64,000 nucleotides of DNA from Octopus vulgaris (GCA_951406725.2 OX597825.1:34534001-34598000), one strand, 5' to 3'. Positions 9,969-23,612 are shown, counted from the stretch's first letter. The notes: generated from the sequence alone by a model not told the origin. Made by a program: numbers and translations.

Positions 9969-10380
9969 TTGTGCGTGTGTATGTATGTATGTATGTAAGT
10001 ATGTATGTATGTATGTATGTAAGTATGTATGTATGCATGTATGTATGTATGTATGTATGTATGCATGCATGTATGCATGCTTGTATTTATGTACGCAAGT
10101 GTTATATTTGTGCGTATGCATGCATGTATGTTTACAAGTATGTATTTATGTATGCATGTGTACATGTATGTATGTATGTATGTATATTTGTGCGTGTGTA
10201 TGTATGTGTGTGTATGTATGTATGTATGTATGTATGTATGTATGTATGTATGCATGTATGTATGCATGTATTTATGTACGCAAGTATTATATTCCTACGT
10301 CTGTATGCATGTATGTTTGTAAGCACGTATTTATGTATGCATGCGTATGTGAGAACACGTGTATGTTTGTTTGTATATAA
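9550..10380. repeat. Complex (TATG)n/(TGCA) microsatellite with higher-order repeat units
   Basis: TATTTATGTACGCAAGT recurs three times. Confidence 0.9.
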
Positions 10381-10877
10381 GCGTTCACCTGCACAGCTGG
10401 AATGCAATTGTGCTTTAAATTCTCATTGTCAAATGGTTTAGATTTCAAATTCGTTAAAATATCTTGTTATTTTTATACAGTTTATCAAAGTAAGTGAATC
10501 ACCAGAACAAGTTACAGTGGGGAAAACCTCATCTGATCTAAATATAGAAGACAGTAGTCGTTCTCATAGGATATCCCAATTTTTGTATATGTTTAGTATT
10601 TTCGCCCCCTCTTTCCGTGAATGACTACTAATACTTGCGCTACTGCTTATAGCCAAGTCAATGAAAGAACAGGCATTCACTCATTATGACGTTGGAAGCG
10701 ACAACAATAACTATAATAACAATGAAAAAGGAACACCATGAAATCCAGTTTACTGTTGATTACACACATAAACATGCTTTAGAAAGAGAGAGAGAGAGGG
10801 GGAGGGAGAAAGCGAGAGAGAAGGGGGAGGGAGAGGGGATTATCGCAAATTAGTATGTATGTATATACATAGGATCT

Positions 10878-10914
<37 letters not shown>

Positions 10915-10998
10915 CGTATGTTTGTATATGTATACGCATATATGTGTGTATGCATATATGTATGTATATGCATGTATATGTGTGCATGCGTATGTGTG

Positions 10999-11051
<53 letters not shown>

Positions 11052-11519
11052 ATGTATGTATGTATGTATGTATGTATGTATTAGTAGACGCACATGCAGT
11101 CAAAGATAATTTTTTCCTTTTTTTTTTTTCTAAATTCATAAAAATAACCCAACCGAACACTGACTGGATGAAAGAGTCAATTCTTCTGCAGAATCTAATA
11201 TTCATTACAATACTATTGTTAGGGAATTCGAAGTTTCACCGGTGGTGGCTTATTGAAAGTGAGTGGATGGCTGGGTACATATATGCATATCAATAGCCCT
11301 TCCTGCACGAATGCACTGCATACGAGGCATTTCTAGGATAATATAAAAAAGAATGCTAATAAAAAACAAAAAGAACATCCTGTTTTAATATAAATAGCTC
11401 ATTATGGTAAAAGACTGATTGGAATCAGTAGAATACATTCTATATACACCCAGCTTCAATTATAATGGTTTCGATTGTTTAAATTGCATGTTCTAACTTT
11501 TGCAACACAAGTCAGTCCG

Positions 11520-11671
11520 TGTGCTAAGTAGCTTGCTAGCTTGCTTATCAACCACATGGTCCCGGGTTCAGTCCCGCTGCGTGGCACCTTGGACAATTGT
11601 CTTCTACTGTAGCCTCGGGCCGACCAAAGCCTTGTGGACGGAAACTGGAAGAAGCCCGTAGTATATATGTA

Positions 11672-11729
<58 letters not shown>

Positions 11730-11907
11730 AGTGTGTATTTGTGTGTTTGTGTTTGTCCCCCCAACATCGCTTGACAACCGATGCTGGTTCGGCAAAAGAG
11801 ACCGATAGAATAAGTACTAGGCTTTCAAAGAATAAGCTCTGGGGTCGATTTGAGCGATTATAAAGGCGGTGCTCCAGCATGGCCGCAGTCAAATGAAAAG
11901 AGTAAAA
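11520..11907 (+). mobile_element. SINE family A
   Basis: Colinear with 8326-8720, with small deletions. Confidence 0.88.
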
Positions 11908-12030
11908 GCATATATATACACACACATATATATATATATATATTTAAAATTAAGGATAAAACCCTCTATATAATATAAATATATATATATATATATACAC
12001 ACACAAAGATAGACAGACAGACAGACAGAC

Positions 12031-12083
<53 letters not shown>

Positions 12084-12085
12084 TA

Positions 12086-13347
12086 GAGTGTTCGGGATAA
12101 ATTTGACGAATTTTATGTCACCTTTATTTCATGAACAGAGTGATGTATTGCTGAAGAGTCAACAACATTTGAGAGCACGAAGGTTAAAGTTGGAGTTGAG
12201 AAAAGGGGTTAGCTGACATGGAGGACTAGTGCCATCGGAATACTAAAAAAGAGTTACCTCTATCATGATGAATCACGCCGGGTATCAAAATGCCGACATC
12301 ATGGCTGCTGCTCAGTGTTCTGTGAAAACTGTAAAGGCTGTAAAATATAATATGGACAACTGCAACGTAGACTATGAAGGCGCGACCAGCAGCAAGGGAC
12401 ACAGCGGGCGTTCCGGTTGCGTCAGTACGCCAGAATTCATTCAGTAATTGCAGGACAAAGTAATAAAAGATCTGAGTAAATGAATCTGGGCTTTGATTAG
12501 GGAGATGGGGGTTAAAGACGCAACCGTGAAGTTGGCCCTGAATGAGGACCTTCAATACCACTTGTGCAAGAGGCACAAGGGGAAATACTGAGAGCAAAGG
12601 ACAAGGAGAAACGCTTAGCAAAGCGGTTCTCTTTGTCATTTGGTCTCAGTATTTGTCCCAAAGTCAAACAAGCTCCTGAACAAACATCGCATGTTGACCC
12701 GGGGATGATCTGGCTCTTCTCGAATGAAAAGAACTTTTGTTAGGACCAGTTGCACAACACTCAAAACAACAGGTAACTTGTCGAGAATCCATGTGATATC
12801 TCACGTATTATGAAAACCAGAAAATCTTTGGGTGTGTCTCCGGCGAGGGTCACGTCATGTTGGGCCTTAGACTCAATTCAGAAAGCCATGAGAAGCTGCA
12901 GGAGACTGGTCAATCCCAAGCTGGAGAGGAATGCTGCTGAAAGGCCATATGTGTGGCAGCAGGATTCGGTCCCTTACCATACTTCTGGAAAGAGTCAAAA
13001 GTGGTTGTCCGAAAAGTTCTATAACCCCAATTTCTGGCATCCCAATTCCCTTGATTATAATCCCATGGGTTACTAAGTGTGGGGCGCAGTTGAGAAAGAC
13101 ACCAACCTCTCTGCTTGCAACACCAAGGCCGTGGCCAAGATCAAAAGATGTTCGAAGATCTTCCTAGGGATACACTGAGGAATGCATGCGTCAGGCTGTG
13201 GAGGAGGGCAACCACTTTGAATAAACTGTTATTTCCCAGCCATAATCTAATTGATATTTTTTGCCTTTTTAAAAATACCTTTATTTTTGGATGGGATATT
13301 GTTTTCTTTCCCTTTTACACAAACTGTCGAATTTAGCTCGAACACTC
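12086..13347 (+). mobile_element. Degraded Tc1/mariner-superfamily transposon (maT/DD37D-like)
   Basis: TIRs GAGTGTTCGGGATAAATTTGAC / GTCGAATTTAGCTCGAACACTC. Relic motifs FSNEKNF, YVWQQDSVPYHTS, WHPNSLDYNPMGY. Multiple stops. Confidence 0.85.
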
Positions 13348-13568
13348 AAGAATTACGCAATCAACTTCATTGGCTCACAGCTATTTCTGCTATAAGATGT
13401 AATGCATTCAAAGCTAAGAGCTCGATTATCACCTTATAGCTTTCTCGCAGCCTTTAAAATTTAGTGCGTGTATATTTGGGAAAATATTTATTCACATGGA
13501 AAAGATCACTATCGTTAAGGATATTAGTATCGCTAAAACGAGGCAAAATCGTAATACGTAAAGTTATA

Positions 13569-15070
13569 TATTGGGTCATCCCATAAATAATGCGGTATTT
13601 TTTTATACTTCTTTTATCTTTCAAAATTAAGATAAACAAAGTTCTTCATTAATCTAAAATATTGCTAAGGCGGCGAGCTGGCAGGAACATTAGCACGCCG
13701 GGCGAAATGCTTAGCGGCATTTCGTCTGTCTTTACGTTCTGAGTTCAAATTCCGCCGAGGTCGACTTTGCCTTTCATTCTTTCGGGGTCGATAAATTAAG
13801 TACCAGTTGCGTACTGGGGTCGATCTAATCGACTGGCCCCCTCCCCGCAAAATTGTGCCTTGTGCCTAGAGTAGAAAAGAATCTAAAATATTGCTCTTCC
13901 ATCTATATGGTAGAAATGCAAAGCCCTTCTTTCAAAATTCACTTGTCTGTGATGAAAAATACTCTTCCAGTTCCGACTTCGACTACAGGATTCATATTTT
14001 TCCCGTCCAAATGATTTCAAAGACTGCGGGATATATGATAATCAGATGAGGCGATATCCGGTGAATATGATGGGGCGGGGGGAGGGCATCGTTTCCCATT
14101 CAAACTGCTCCAGCCTTTGAAATGTCATCCTCGCTGTATATGGCCGAGCATTATCCTCATGAAAGAACACCTTTTGTCTTGATGGTCGTTTTTCTTCTGG
14201 CGCTGATTTAAGTCGCTCAGGCTGCTCGCAGCAGATCTCCTTTGTTATCGTTTGGTTTCGGTTTAAAAGTTCAAAGTGGACTAAACCTTTCATATCCCAC
14301 CAAACAAATAACAACACCTTACGTGGGTGAAAACCTTCTTTAGAGTGGGGTGCCGGTGTTTCTCATTTCACTACCCATTTTCTTCGGCGCTTGACATTTT
14401 TATAGAGAACCCATTTCTAGTCACCAGTCACTTTTCAGTTGAAAAAAAAAAAAACGTTAATTCGTGAGACGTGACAGTAAAGAAAAGCACACATCCACTC
14501 TCTGCACATAATTAGACTCGGAAAATTTGTAAGGAACCCATTGACTCAACTTGCTGACTTTTCCGATGGCACGCATATGTTGACGAATGGTTGAATGTAC
14601 AAATCCAAGCTTCTCTGCTAGTTCCTCAACAGTTACGATGGGATTTTCTTCTACCATGGTTTACAGGACGTCCTCGTCAAGCTCTACTGATTTTCCAGGA
14701 CGAGGCTCATTTCTAGGCTGTAATTTCTGGCTGGAAATTTCTGAAACCACCGTTGACACTGGCTTACGCTTATTGTCCGATCCCCATATACTGCATTAAT
14801 ATTCCTCGAACTTTTCGTTGCGTTGTTGCCTTTATTGAACTCATAAAGTAAAATATGTCGAATATGCTCCTTTGTTACATCCATTATAGCTTTGAAAAAA
14901 ACATCTGTTAAAATCGAACTGCACTCTTCAAAACTTGCACTAAGAATAAGCACAAAGTAAAATTACTACCAATTTTTATAGCAAGTTAATGCAGGTAGTT
15001 TATCCCGCCCCCTTCCAACTTTTAGTTCATGCAATTGAAAAGACCGCATTATTTATGGGATAACCCAATA
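13569..15070 (-). mobile_element. Degraded mariner (DD34D-type) transposon interrupted by a SINE
   Basis: TIRs TATTGGGTCATCCCATAAATAATGCGGT / ACCGCATTATTTATGGGATAACCCAATA with TA flanks. Motifs HIRHILLYEF, WVPY, WWDMKG, HEDNARPY. Confidence 0.92.
13667..13879 (+). mobile_element. SINE family B with 16-bp TSD
   Basis: AATCTAAAATATTGCT at 13651-13666 and 13880-13895. Confidence 0.92.
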
Positions 15071-15889
15071 TAATTTGTAGTGCAATATATGGATTGATGA
15101 AATTCAGGGGTAGTCACAGAAAGCTCTTCTAGTGAACCTGGCTACCTTACCACACAGTAATCCAATATGGAGGAGTATATTGTAGAGTTGTATATAACTG
15201 AAATCCAGGGGAACCAATCTATGAAAGGATTTTATGAGAGGTGTATAGACCATTATGGCCTGAAATGGCTGATAAGCTAGCAACAAGGGAACCACCAGGA
15301 TCAAGTCCTGGAATATCAGCGTCGGTGGCGACTCCAGAACAACAACAACGACATCAGGCCTAGTGTTAAAGAAAGAAACAATAGCGATGGTAGAAAATCC
15401 AATAAACAGACACGTAAATATGTCGGTTCAACCAGCTCCTCATATAAGTAACGTCTGAACAACCACCGGAAAGGTGCAGCATCACGTCTCTGGGCAGCCA
15501 CCTATGGCGCTTAAAAGAGGAAGGAACCCCATACGTAATTAAATAGAAGCCCTTTGAACATTCGGTGATACTGGTTGCAGTAGGTTTTGTTCGGTACTCG
15601 GCATTGAAAAGTCACAACAATGGCGAAACATCGACGTCTGTCACACCGAGAAGGGACCTGATGTGAGTTGTCTCGCTTGCCTATGACTTACGTTCAGGTC
15701 TCTTAACACCAAGAGCATTGAGAATATATTCTCTTACGCCTAAAAACGCAGCTGGTCTACGAATTAGCAACACATACACCTTGTGTATGTGTGCTCGATT
15801 TTGTTTATATATCTCGAGCTGCTACTGATTCATATTTGAAAATACACACACACACACACACACACACATATGATGGTTGCAAACTCGTA

Positions 15890-16410
15890 TTTGAGTAATG
15901 CCATCGCCTGATCAAAAGTCCCACACACGCGAAGGCTAGGACCAACCATTTTTGTGATAGGTCTTACATTTTTTTTTTTTGTTCAAGTGATAACATGAAT
16001 TTTCTTCGATTTTTGCCTTCAAAACATCTTCATCCAATTTTGCAACTGTCATCTTCCAAGCTAAACTCTTCAGCTTTAAATTTTGCAAACCACCTTCGAA
16101 CAGTTGTTTCACCTGCAGCATCATCACCATAACCTTCTCAAATATTTTTGCAAGTCTTTACAACATTTTCTCCTTTTTATAAAAAAGAAAAGCATTACAA
16201 CGCGAATTTGAAACTTTTGGTTATAGCCATTTCAAATGTCAATGAAAGGTAACCAGAATGAAAGATAAATCTATTTTTAGTCAGGAACAAAGAAGAGATG
16301 CACTACCACTTCAAGCAACGCTCAAGTTTTAACTGTGTTACGTTTCAGGTGTGTTCAATGAAGCGTTAAAAGATTTAGCTTTACAATGAGCAGAACTTTA
16401 TGTGCGCACA
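15890..16410 (-). mobile_element. Mariner 5' fragment
   Basis: Relic HTH region (LDEDVLKAKIEEN). Confidence 0.6.
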
Positions 16411-16412
16411 TG

Positions 16413-16735
16413 TGAGGGCGCGTGGCTTAGTGGTTAGGGCATTCGGCTCATGATCGTAAGGTTGTGAGTTCGATTCCCGGCGACGCGTTGTGTCCTTGAG
16501 CAAGACACTTTATTTCACGTTGCTCCAGTCCACTCAGCTGGCAAAAATGAGTTGTACTTGTATTTCAAAGGGTCAGCCTTGTCACTCTCTGTGTCACGCT
16601 GATTATCCCCGAGAACTACGTTAAGGGTACACGTGTCTGTGGAATGCTCAGCCATTTGCACGTTATTTTCACGAGCAAGCTGTTCCGTTGATCGTATCAG
16701 CTGGGACCCTCGTCGTCGTAACCGGCGGAGTCTTT
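16413..16735 (+). mobile_element. tRNA-derived SINE family C
   Basis: A box TGGCTTAGTGG, B box GTTCGATTC, then GTGTCCTTGAGCAAGACACTT core. A decayed relative lies at ~37942-38225. Confidence 0.85.
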
Positions 16736-16759
16736 TATGTGCGCACATATATACATACA

Positions 16760-16819
<60 letters not shown>

Positions 16820-17719
16820 CGTGCACGTCTATATTTACGAATATATGTGCGTATGTATAAAATATTGTATGTATATATACACACATATATGCATATATAC
16901 ATATATACAAACGTACATATTAGTTTCCTTGTCTTTCTTGACCAGAGTTAATGATTGAGCAGATGACATTGTAGAGGTATTTTTCATGAAAATTACTGCA
17001 CAACATTAAATATTTTAGCGCCCGCTTTACTATCATTTTTCATGCAGAAAGGCGTCCTTGGGTATTCTCATCCCAGCCATACATTTACGCTGTAGCATAA
17101 TTCAGTGTTTAATCACAGCTCACTGAGTTCCGTGACGGCTTAAAAGTATGCACGGAATGAAAATACCCAGAGATGTCCATATATCATCATCATCATCATC
17201 ATCATAGATCTGACAGTTTTTGACTGTTTAGCTAATTAGGTCTAATAAGCCGAAACATGTACAGAGATGTCATCGTATTGCCAAAGATCAGATTCATTAC
17301 CGACTGCGATTCACATTATGTTTAAATCAATTTCCGGAGCTGCATCATCTATCTTCCTTGAATAGAATTAACTATAACACTAATTTTCCACCTAACAATG
17401 GATTTTATTTTGATGAATTAAAAATGTCTTGGTTTACTACACATTAATTACTTTAGAGCCCATTTTACATGCGTATCTGTGTGTGTGTGTGTGTAGATAC
17501 GTGTAGTTTTACAAATGGAAGCGGGGAGAGGGAGCTCAATTTCAAAGCTGTGAATATATCATCTTTTATAAACCGAAACTGATACAAGAGTGACTGGAGG
17601 ACATAAAGGTTCGTGTCAAAGCGCTTGTCAAAACAAGTTTGACAAATATTTTGACACGTCCTTATGTCATTCACGTTGCAATATCAGCTTACAATATGTG
17701 GGTATGTGTGAGTGCGTCT

Positions 17720-18303
17720 ATACATACATACATACATACATACATACATACATACATACATACATACATACATACATACATACATACATACATACATACA
17801 AATACATACATACATACATACATACATACATACATACATACATACAAATACATACATACATACATACATACATACATACATACATACATACATACATACA
17901 TACATACATGAGGGACCTGCATGGTGTGGATGCGGATGTCTTTAAAGTAGGACTGGATCTCTTCCTGTCAGGTGTCCCGGATGAACCAACTTCACGGCAG
18001 GAGGTGCAGATGAGGGCAGCTGCATCGAACTCTCTCATGCATCAGATGGCGTTTGCTAAAAAGCATCCGTGAGGTAAAATCGTGTAGCAAACCAAATGGC
18101 GGTGCCCCAGCATGGCCACAGCTCATTAGCTGAAACTGGAAAAATCAAAATCAAAATCATACATACATACATACATACAAATACATACATACATACATAC
18201 ATACAAATACATACATACATACAAATACATTCATACATACATACATACATACATACATACATACATACATACATACATACATACAAATACATACATACAT
18301 ACA

Positions 18304-18334
<31 letters not shown>

Positions 18335-18335
18335 C
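17720..18335. repeat. (TACA)n microsatellite split by a LINE 3' end
   Basis: Arrays at 17720-17907 and 18160-18335. Confidence 0.92.
17908..18158 (+). mobile_element. 5'-truncated CR1-like LINE 3' end
   Basis: ORF2 C-terminus VFKVGLDLFLSGVPDEP...AASNSL, a 3' UTR stem-loop and an (AAAATC)n tail. Confidence 0.75.
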
Positions 18336-18349
18336 AGCTAAGAATATAT

Positions 18350-18606
18350 CTTTATCTTTCACCTCTTTCACTCATTAGACTATGGCCTTGCTGGGGCACA
18401 ACCTTGACATTTTTTTTTAGTCGAATGTATCAACCCTAGTCCATTTTTTAAAAGCCCGGTACTTATTCTATCGGGATCTTGTGCCAAACCGCTAAGTTAC
18501 AAGGACGTAAACACCAACGCCGGTTGTCAAGCGGTGGTGGGGGACAAACACTGTCACAAAGACACACATTTACATATATATATATATATGTGTGTATGTG
18601 TGTATA

Positions 18607-18654
<48 letters not shown>

Positions 18655-18890
18655 GATGTAAATGTGCGTGTGTCTTTGTGTTTGTCCCCCACCACCACTT
18701 GACAACCGGTGTTGCTGTGTTTACATATATACGACGGGCTTCTTTCAGTTTCCATCTACCAAATCCACTGACAAGGTTTTGGTTAACCTGAAGCTATAGT
18801 AGAAAACTCGTGCCCAATGTGTCACGCAGTGGAACTAAACCCGGAACCATGTGGTTGACAAGCAAGCTTCTTACCACATAGCCACACCTA
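18350..18890 (-). mobile_element. SINE family A with internal inverted duplication
   Basis: Family A motifs; 18508-18575 mirrors 18655-18723. Confidence 0.85.
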
Positions 18891-19014
18891 TACACGCACA
18901 CATATACACATAAATTTGCATATTTATATATTTATATTTATACACGCATATTTCTATCTATCTGTCTATCGATTTCTGTATGCATGCATGCATGTATGTA
19001 TGTAATCTATCTGA

Positions 19015-19237
19015 TTTCTTTATTGCCCACAAGGGGCTAAACATAGTGGGGACAAACAAACGGATTAAGTCAATTATATCGACCCCCAGTGCGTAACTGG
19101 TACTTATTTAATCGATTCCGAAAGGATGAAAGGCAAAGTCGACCTCGGCCGAATTTGAACTCAGAGCGTAACGGCAGACGAAATACGGCTACGCATTTCG
19201 CCCGGCGTGCTAACGTTTCTGCCAGCTCGCCGCCTTG
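19015..19237 (-). mobile_element. SINE family B
   Basis: Reverse complement of the AAGGCGGCGAGCTGGCAG... consensus. Confidence 0.9.
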
Positions 19238-19355
19238 ACATATTGATATCTATCTATCTACATACATACATACATACATACATACACATACATGTATGTA
19301 TGTATGTATGTATGTATGTATGTATGTATGTATGTATATGTGTGTGTGTATATGC

Positions 19356-19398
<43 letters not shown>

Positions 19399-19559
19399 TA
19401 AATGTGCATGTGTCATACATACATACATGCATACATGTATGTATGTGTATGTATGTATGTATGTATGTCTATAAGTTTGTTTATATGCATATACATTTAT
19501 GCATACAAATAAACATAAACTTATGTGCGCGCCTGTGAGCGTGTATGTAAAAGTCACAT

Positions 19560-19750
19560 GGCGTCAGATATTGTCCAATCATCAGTTGATTGGTAAAATT
19601 GTTTAAGTCATACCCTCCATTTCTACTAAGTCTGCAAGTAGCAGACATCTCGCGAAGTGCGGCAGCAGAAGAGGAGGGGGTTCAGTGAAAACAGCAACAA
19701 CAACAAAAGCTGCTTAGAAAGGAAAAAAAAGCCGATACTGAAGGTAGTTG
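19560..19750 (+). promoter_or_regulatory. Candidate promoter / non-coding first exon
   Basis: Non-repetitive and CpG-retaining. CCAAT at 19575, ATTGG at 19589, TCTCGCGA at 19648, possible donor AAG|GTAGTT at 19744. Confidence 0.35.
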
Positions 19751-20251
19751 TTAATTTAAATACGGAATTACCATTATAGAAGAAAGAAAATGTTTTATCT
19801 TACATAAAGAGGAAATCTATGATTACATTTTCTGTAAGTATATGCATACTACATATTTATATTTACTAGAAATTATAATGCCTTTTTTTTAAGGGTATAG
19901 CTTTAGCTTAAGGAATCCGGAACACTATTCTCCCCTTATTGTATTGTATTCTATCTCTGTTACGAAATAATGAAGACAGTGGGTTTTTTTTTTTTTCTAA
20001 ACGAGCAAAATTAATACAAAACATTTAAATATTTAGCGATGAAAAATATTGTAGGGGTTCCAACATGGGTACAAGGTGTTCGAATTTTGTAAGGGAGGGC
20101 TACGGTCGATTAATACGACCCAGATCATCGTAATAGTAACAATGCCTTGGGGATACAGTTTCACTGGTGAATTAAAAACATTGGACCCCTCCCCTCCCTT
20201 TTTAAAAAAAAAATTTCGAATGAAATAGTGAAACGATGAATAATTTTAACA

Positions 20252-20305
<54 letters not shown>

Positions 20306-20940
20306 TTTAAAATAAAAATCTTAACCATTAGGAATACTGGAGTAATTTTTTCTTAACCTATCGTTCTCTTTAATCAAGGTATATATATAAATATATATAA
20401 AATATAACCAAACCGAAATAGTAATTGGTTCACAAAATTGCGAGAGAAAATATATGATCTTCTAAGCAGCGATTTGAAGGTAAGCGATTTCAGTTTGTGT
20501 GTGTGGTGGATATATATAGTGTGTGTGTGTGTGTGTATCTTCCAGATTGTATATATTGTTCTTACACCTGGGCTGCAAAATGATTTTCATTCATCGGAGA
20601 TTAAAATATGTGACGACACAGTGCTGAAAGCCAGGTGTTATATACATAAAGAAGTTGTTGTTTTTTTCCTTTTAAGGACAGGGTGGAGAAACAAAGAAAA
20701 AAGAAACAATATCGTTTATTTTATTTTTTCATTCTGTGTCCCTGTGTGTTATTAGTCAGTATTTAATTCGCTTCATCCTCGCATCAATCTGATATGATGT
20801 TCCGTGTAGTTCGGAGAGACTGCTAGTAAGCGACAGTGACAGATATGCGTCAACAAGAGATAATTCAGAAAATATAGCGTGGTGTGTCGGGATGAGTATA
20901 TAAAAACAGAAAAATCTAACGCTTTCATTATTTTGTATGT

Positions 20941-20990
<50 letters not shown>

Positions 20991-21003
20991 CATGCATGTT
21001 TAT

Positions 21004-21038
<35 letters not shown>

Positions 21039-22474
21039 ATATAATATAATGTATGTATGTATATGCGTACGTACGTGCATATTATGTGTGAGTATATGCA
21101 TGCGTATGTGTGTGTGCATGCGTACATTGTGTGTGTGTATATACGTGTACGTATGTACATGCGTACGTATGTGTGCCTATGTGCATGCGTGCGTATATTG
21201 CGTGTGTATGTATGTATGTATGTATGTATGTATAGATCCTTTTACAGAATCATTCCATTTTGAAAATCATTGCGCATATTGTAAAATAGCCGGAAGTGAC
21301 CTTTGGTATATAAAATTACATCTACGATGTTAAGGTTATAAACCCCAGAAAGATGGGCGTTTGTAAATGACAATCACAACACCAGCTTAACGGGTCCTGC
21401 CTGACTTTGATGCATTCCCAACCAAACATTTACACTGTTGAAGCTGTTACTTAACCCCTGGTCAAATCCATTGAATAAAGGGATCAATCGGTACACTGGG
21501 CTCCCTCCATAAAGAGGGGGGAAAATCAGTCTCTTCCAGGGGCCCAAAAGCTGTCATTTTACAAGGGGGAAAAGATAGAGCAAGCTGTTCTTTTTTTTTT
21601 TATCATACAACATCCTGCTTATAAACATAAGCGTTTCCAATCTTGACTAGCCTGTTTTCTTAGGATATGTCAAAGACTAAATTATCTAGTATGTACTTTT
21701 CCTTATTTAAGAGGGAATGGTTTGATTTGAAGACTTGGCTGCTATCTCTAGCAGATAGAGCAACCATAGAGAGACTCCATCATTGGCTTATAATTAGACT
21801 GTTTCTTTACTTGATGATACCTATAGACTTATTAGTTAGTCATCTATGTAGAGTCAGCTTTGACAACAACTCTGCAGTAAAAATAATAATTTTGAGCCAT
21901 AATTCACAGCCAGGTAAGACTTGTATTAGTATGCACTGTGCTTTTCACTTATGCTTTTCAGGTGCCCATGTTGTCCTCAGCAGACACTGGCATCTCCCCA
22001 ACCTTCCCATCTTTGAACTAGTAGAAGGTCCAATACTTCATAGCTGAAGGGATCGAGTATTGCACCCCAGCACTTGGCTGGTACTTTATCGGCCCCTAAA
22101 AGATAAAAGGCGAAGTTGACCTCAATGGAATTTGGATTCAGAATGTTAAAGACCTCAAACAAATACCACAAAGTATTTATTGATTAGTTAATGAAAACAG
22201 AAGAGTCAGTGTTTCCACGTGGGTGAAATTAATTTAATTACTTTTTTTTCTCCATGGCTTTGTTGAACAAGGAAAGATGGGGCCTGCAAGACTACCAGAG
22301 AGAAAAGGAAAGAAGAAACTTCAGTTCATTAGTTGTTTTCAAACTGGAGATTTGATCTGAAACTTGAAATAGAATTGCTTCCACTAAAAGTACTCAAGCA
22401 TCAGATGTTGGTGTTAAATCGTGTAAAGTCTACTATCCTAAAACAGGCACCATGCATTTGATGGGCATATTTTT

Positions 22475-22643
22475 TATCTTTTATGTGTTTCAGTCATTAG
22501 ACTGCAGCCATGCTGGAGCACTGCCTTGAAGAAATTTTAGTTGAATAAATTCTATTATTCCCTATTGCTGAGATGTAAACACAACACTAGTTGTCAAGCA
22601 GTGGTGGGGGGACAAACACAGACACAACAACACATCACAACAC

Positions 22644-22682
<39 letters not shown>

Positions 22683-22840
22683 ACATATACACACACTCAC
22701 ACACACACACACATATATATTCACATACATACGATGGGCTTCTTTTAGTTTCTCTCTGTCAAATTCACTCACAAGGCTTTGGTCGGCCCAAGAGGTCACA
22801 TATTAGGACTGAACCAGGAGCCATGTGGTTGGGAAGCAAA
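22475..22840 (-). mobile_element. SINE family A (CpG-decayed)
   Basis: Family A motifs with internal (CA)n. Confidence 0.8.
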
Positions 22841-23084
22841 ACCAGTTTCATTCACAAAGTTTCAGCCATTTCCAGGTTTATATCTGTTGGAAACCAACAG
22901 AGAGAATATTTAGTTCCTTACAAGTGTGTGTGTGTGTGTTGATATATATATATATATAATATGAGAGAGAGAGAGAGAGAGAGAGAAGCATAGTATTGAG
23001 TCACCCCATCAGTAAATGTTCCATGGTTATTCTTGAACTAGGTTTAAAATAACCTTAATTTAATACATATTCACTGTTAAGTCT

Positions 23085-23211
23085 TCTTCCCAACTACATG
23101 GTTTGGGTTCAGTCTCACTATGTGGTACCTTGGACAAGTGTCTTCTATAGTTTGGGCAGACTAAAGCCTTCTGAATGGATCTGGCAGATGGAAACTGATA
23201 GAAGCCCATTG

Positions 23212-23252
<41 letters not shown>

Positions 23253-23612
23253 ATATCTATCTATCTATCTCTCTGTCTGTTTATCTCTCTATCCATCTCT
23301 CTATCCATCTATCTATATATCTATTTATCCATCTATCTATCCATCTATCTATCTATTTATCTATCCATCCATCCATCTATCTGTGTGTGTGTGTGTGTGC
23401 GTGTGAGTATTTCTCCCCTGCCATTGCTTGACAACCAGTGCTGCTGTGTTTATGTTCCCATAACTTAAAAGTTTGGCCAAAGAGACTAATAGAATAAGTA
23501 CCATGTTTTAAATAAACAAGTACGGGAGTTGATTCATTAGACTAAAACTCTTCAAGGTGGCGCCCCTGCATGGCTTTGATCTATTGACTGAAACAAGTAA
23601 ACAATAAAAGAT
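23085..23612 (+). mobile_element. SINE family A (decayed) with expanded (CTAT)n
   Basis: Head and tail motifs are recognisable. Confidence 0.78.

Noticed and set aside
9479-11296. Many YI/HT/MYVC-rich ORFs here and throughout the window
   Set aside because: They are translations of microsatellites.
16413-16490. tRNA gene
   Set aside because: It has A/B boxes but no clean cloverleaf or terminator, and it continues into a SINE body.
22253-22354. Short ATG-initiated ORFs as a host coding exon
   Set aside because: They stop within ~30 codons, with no recognisable homology or convincing splice sites.
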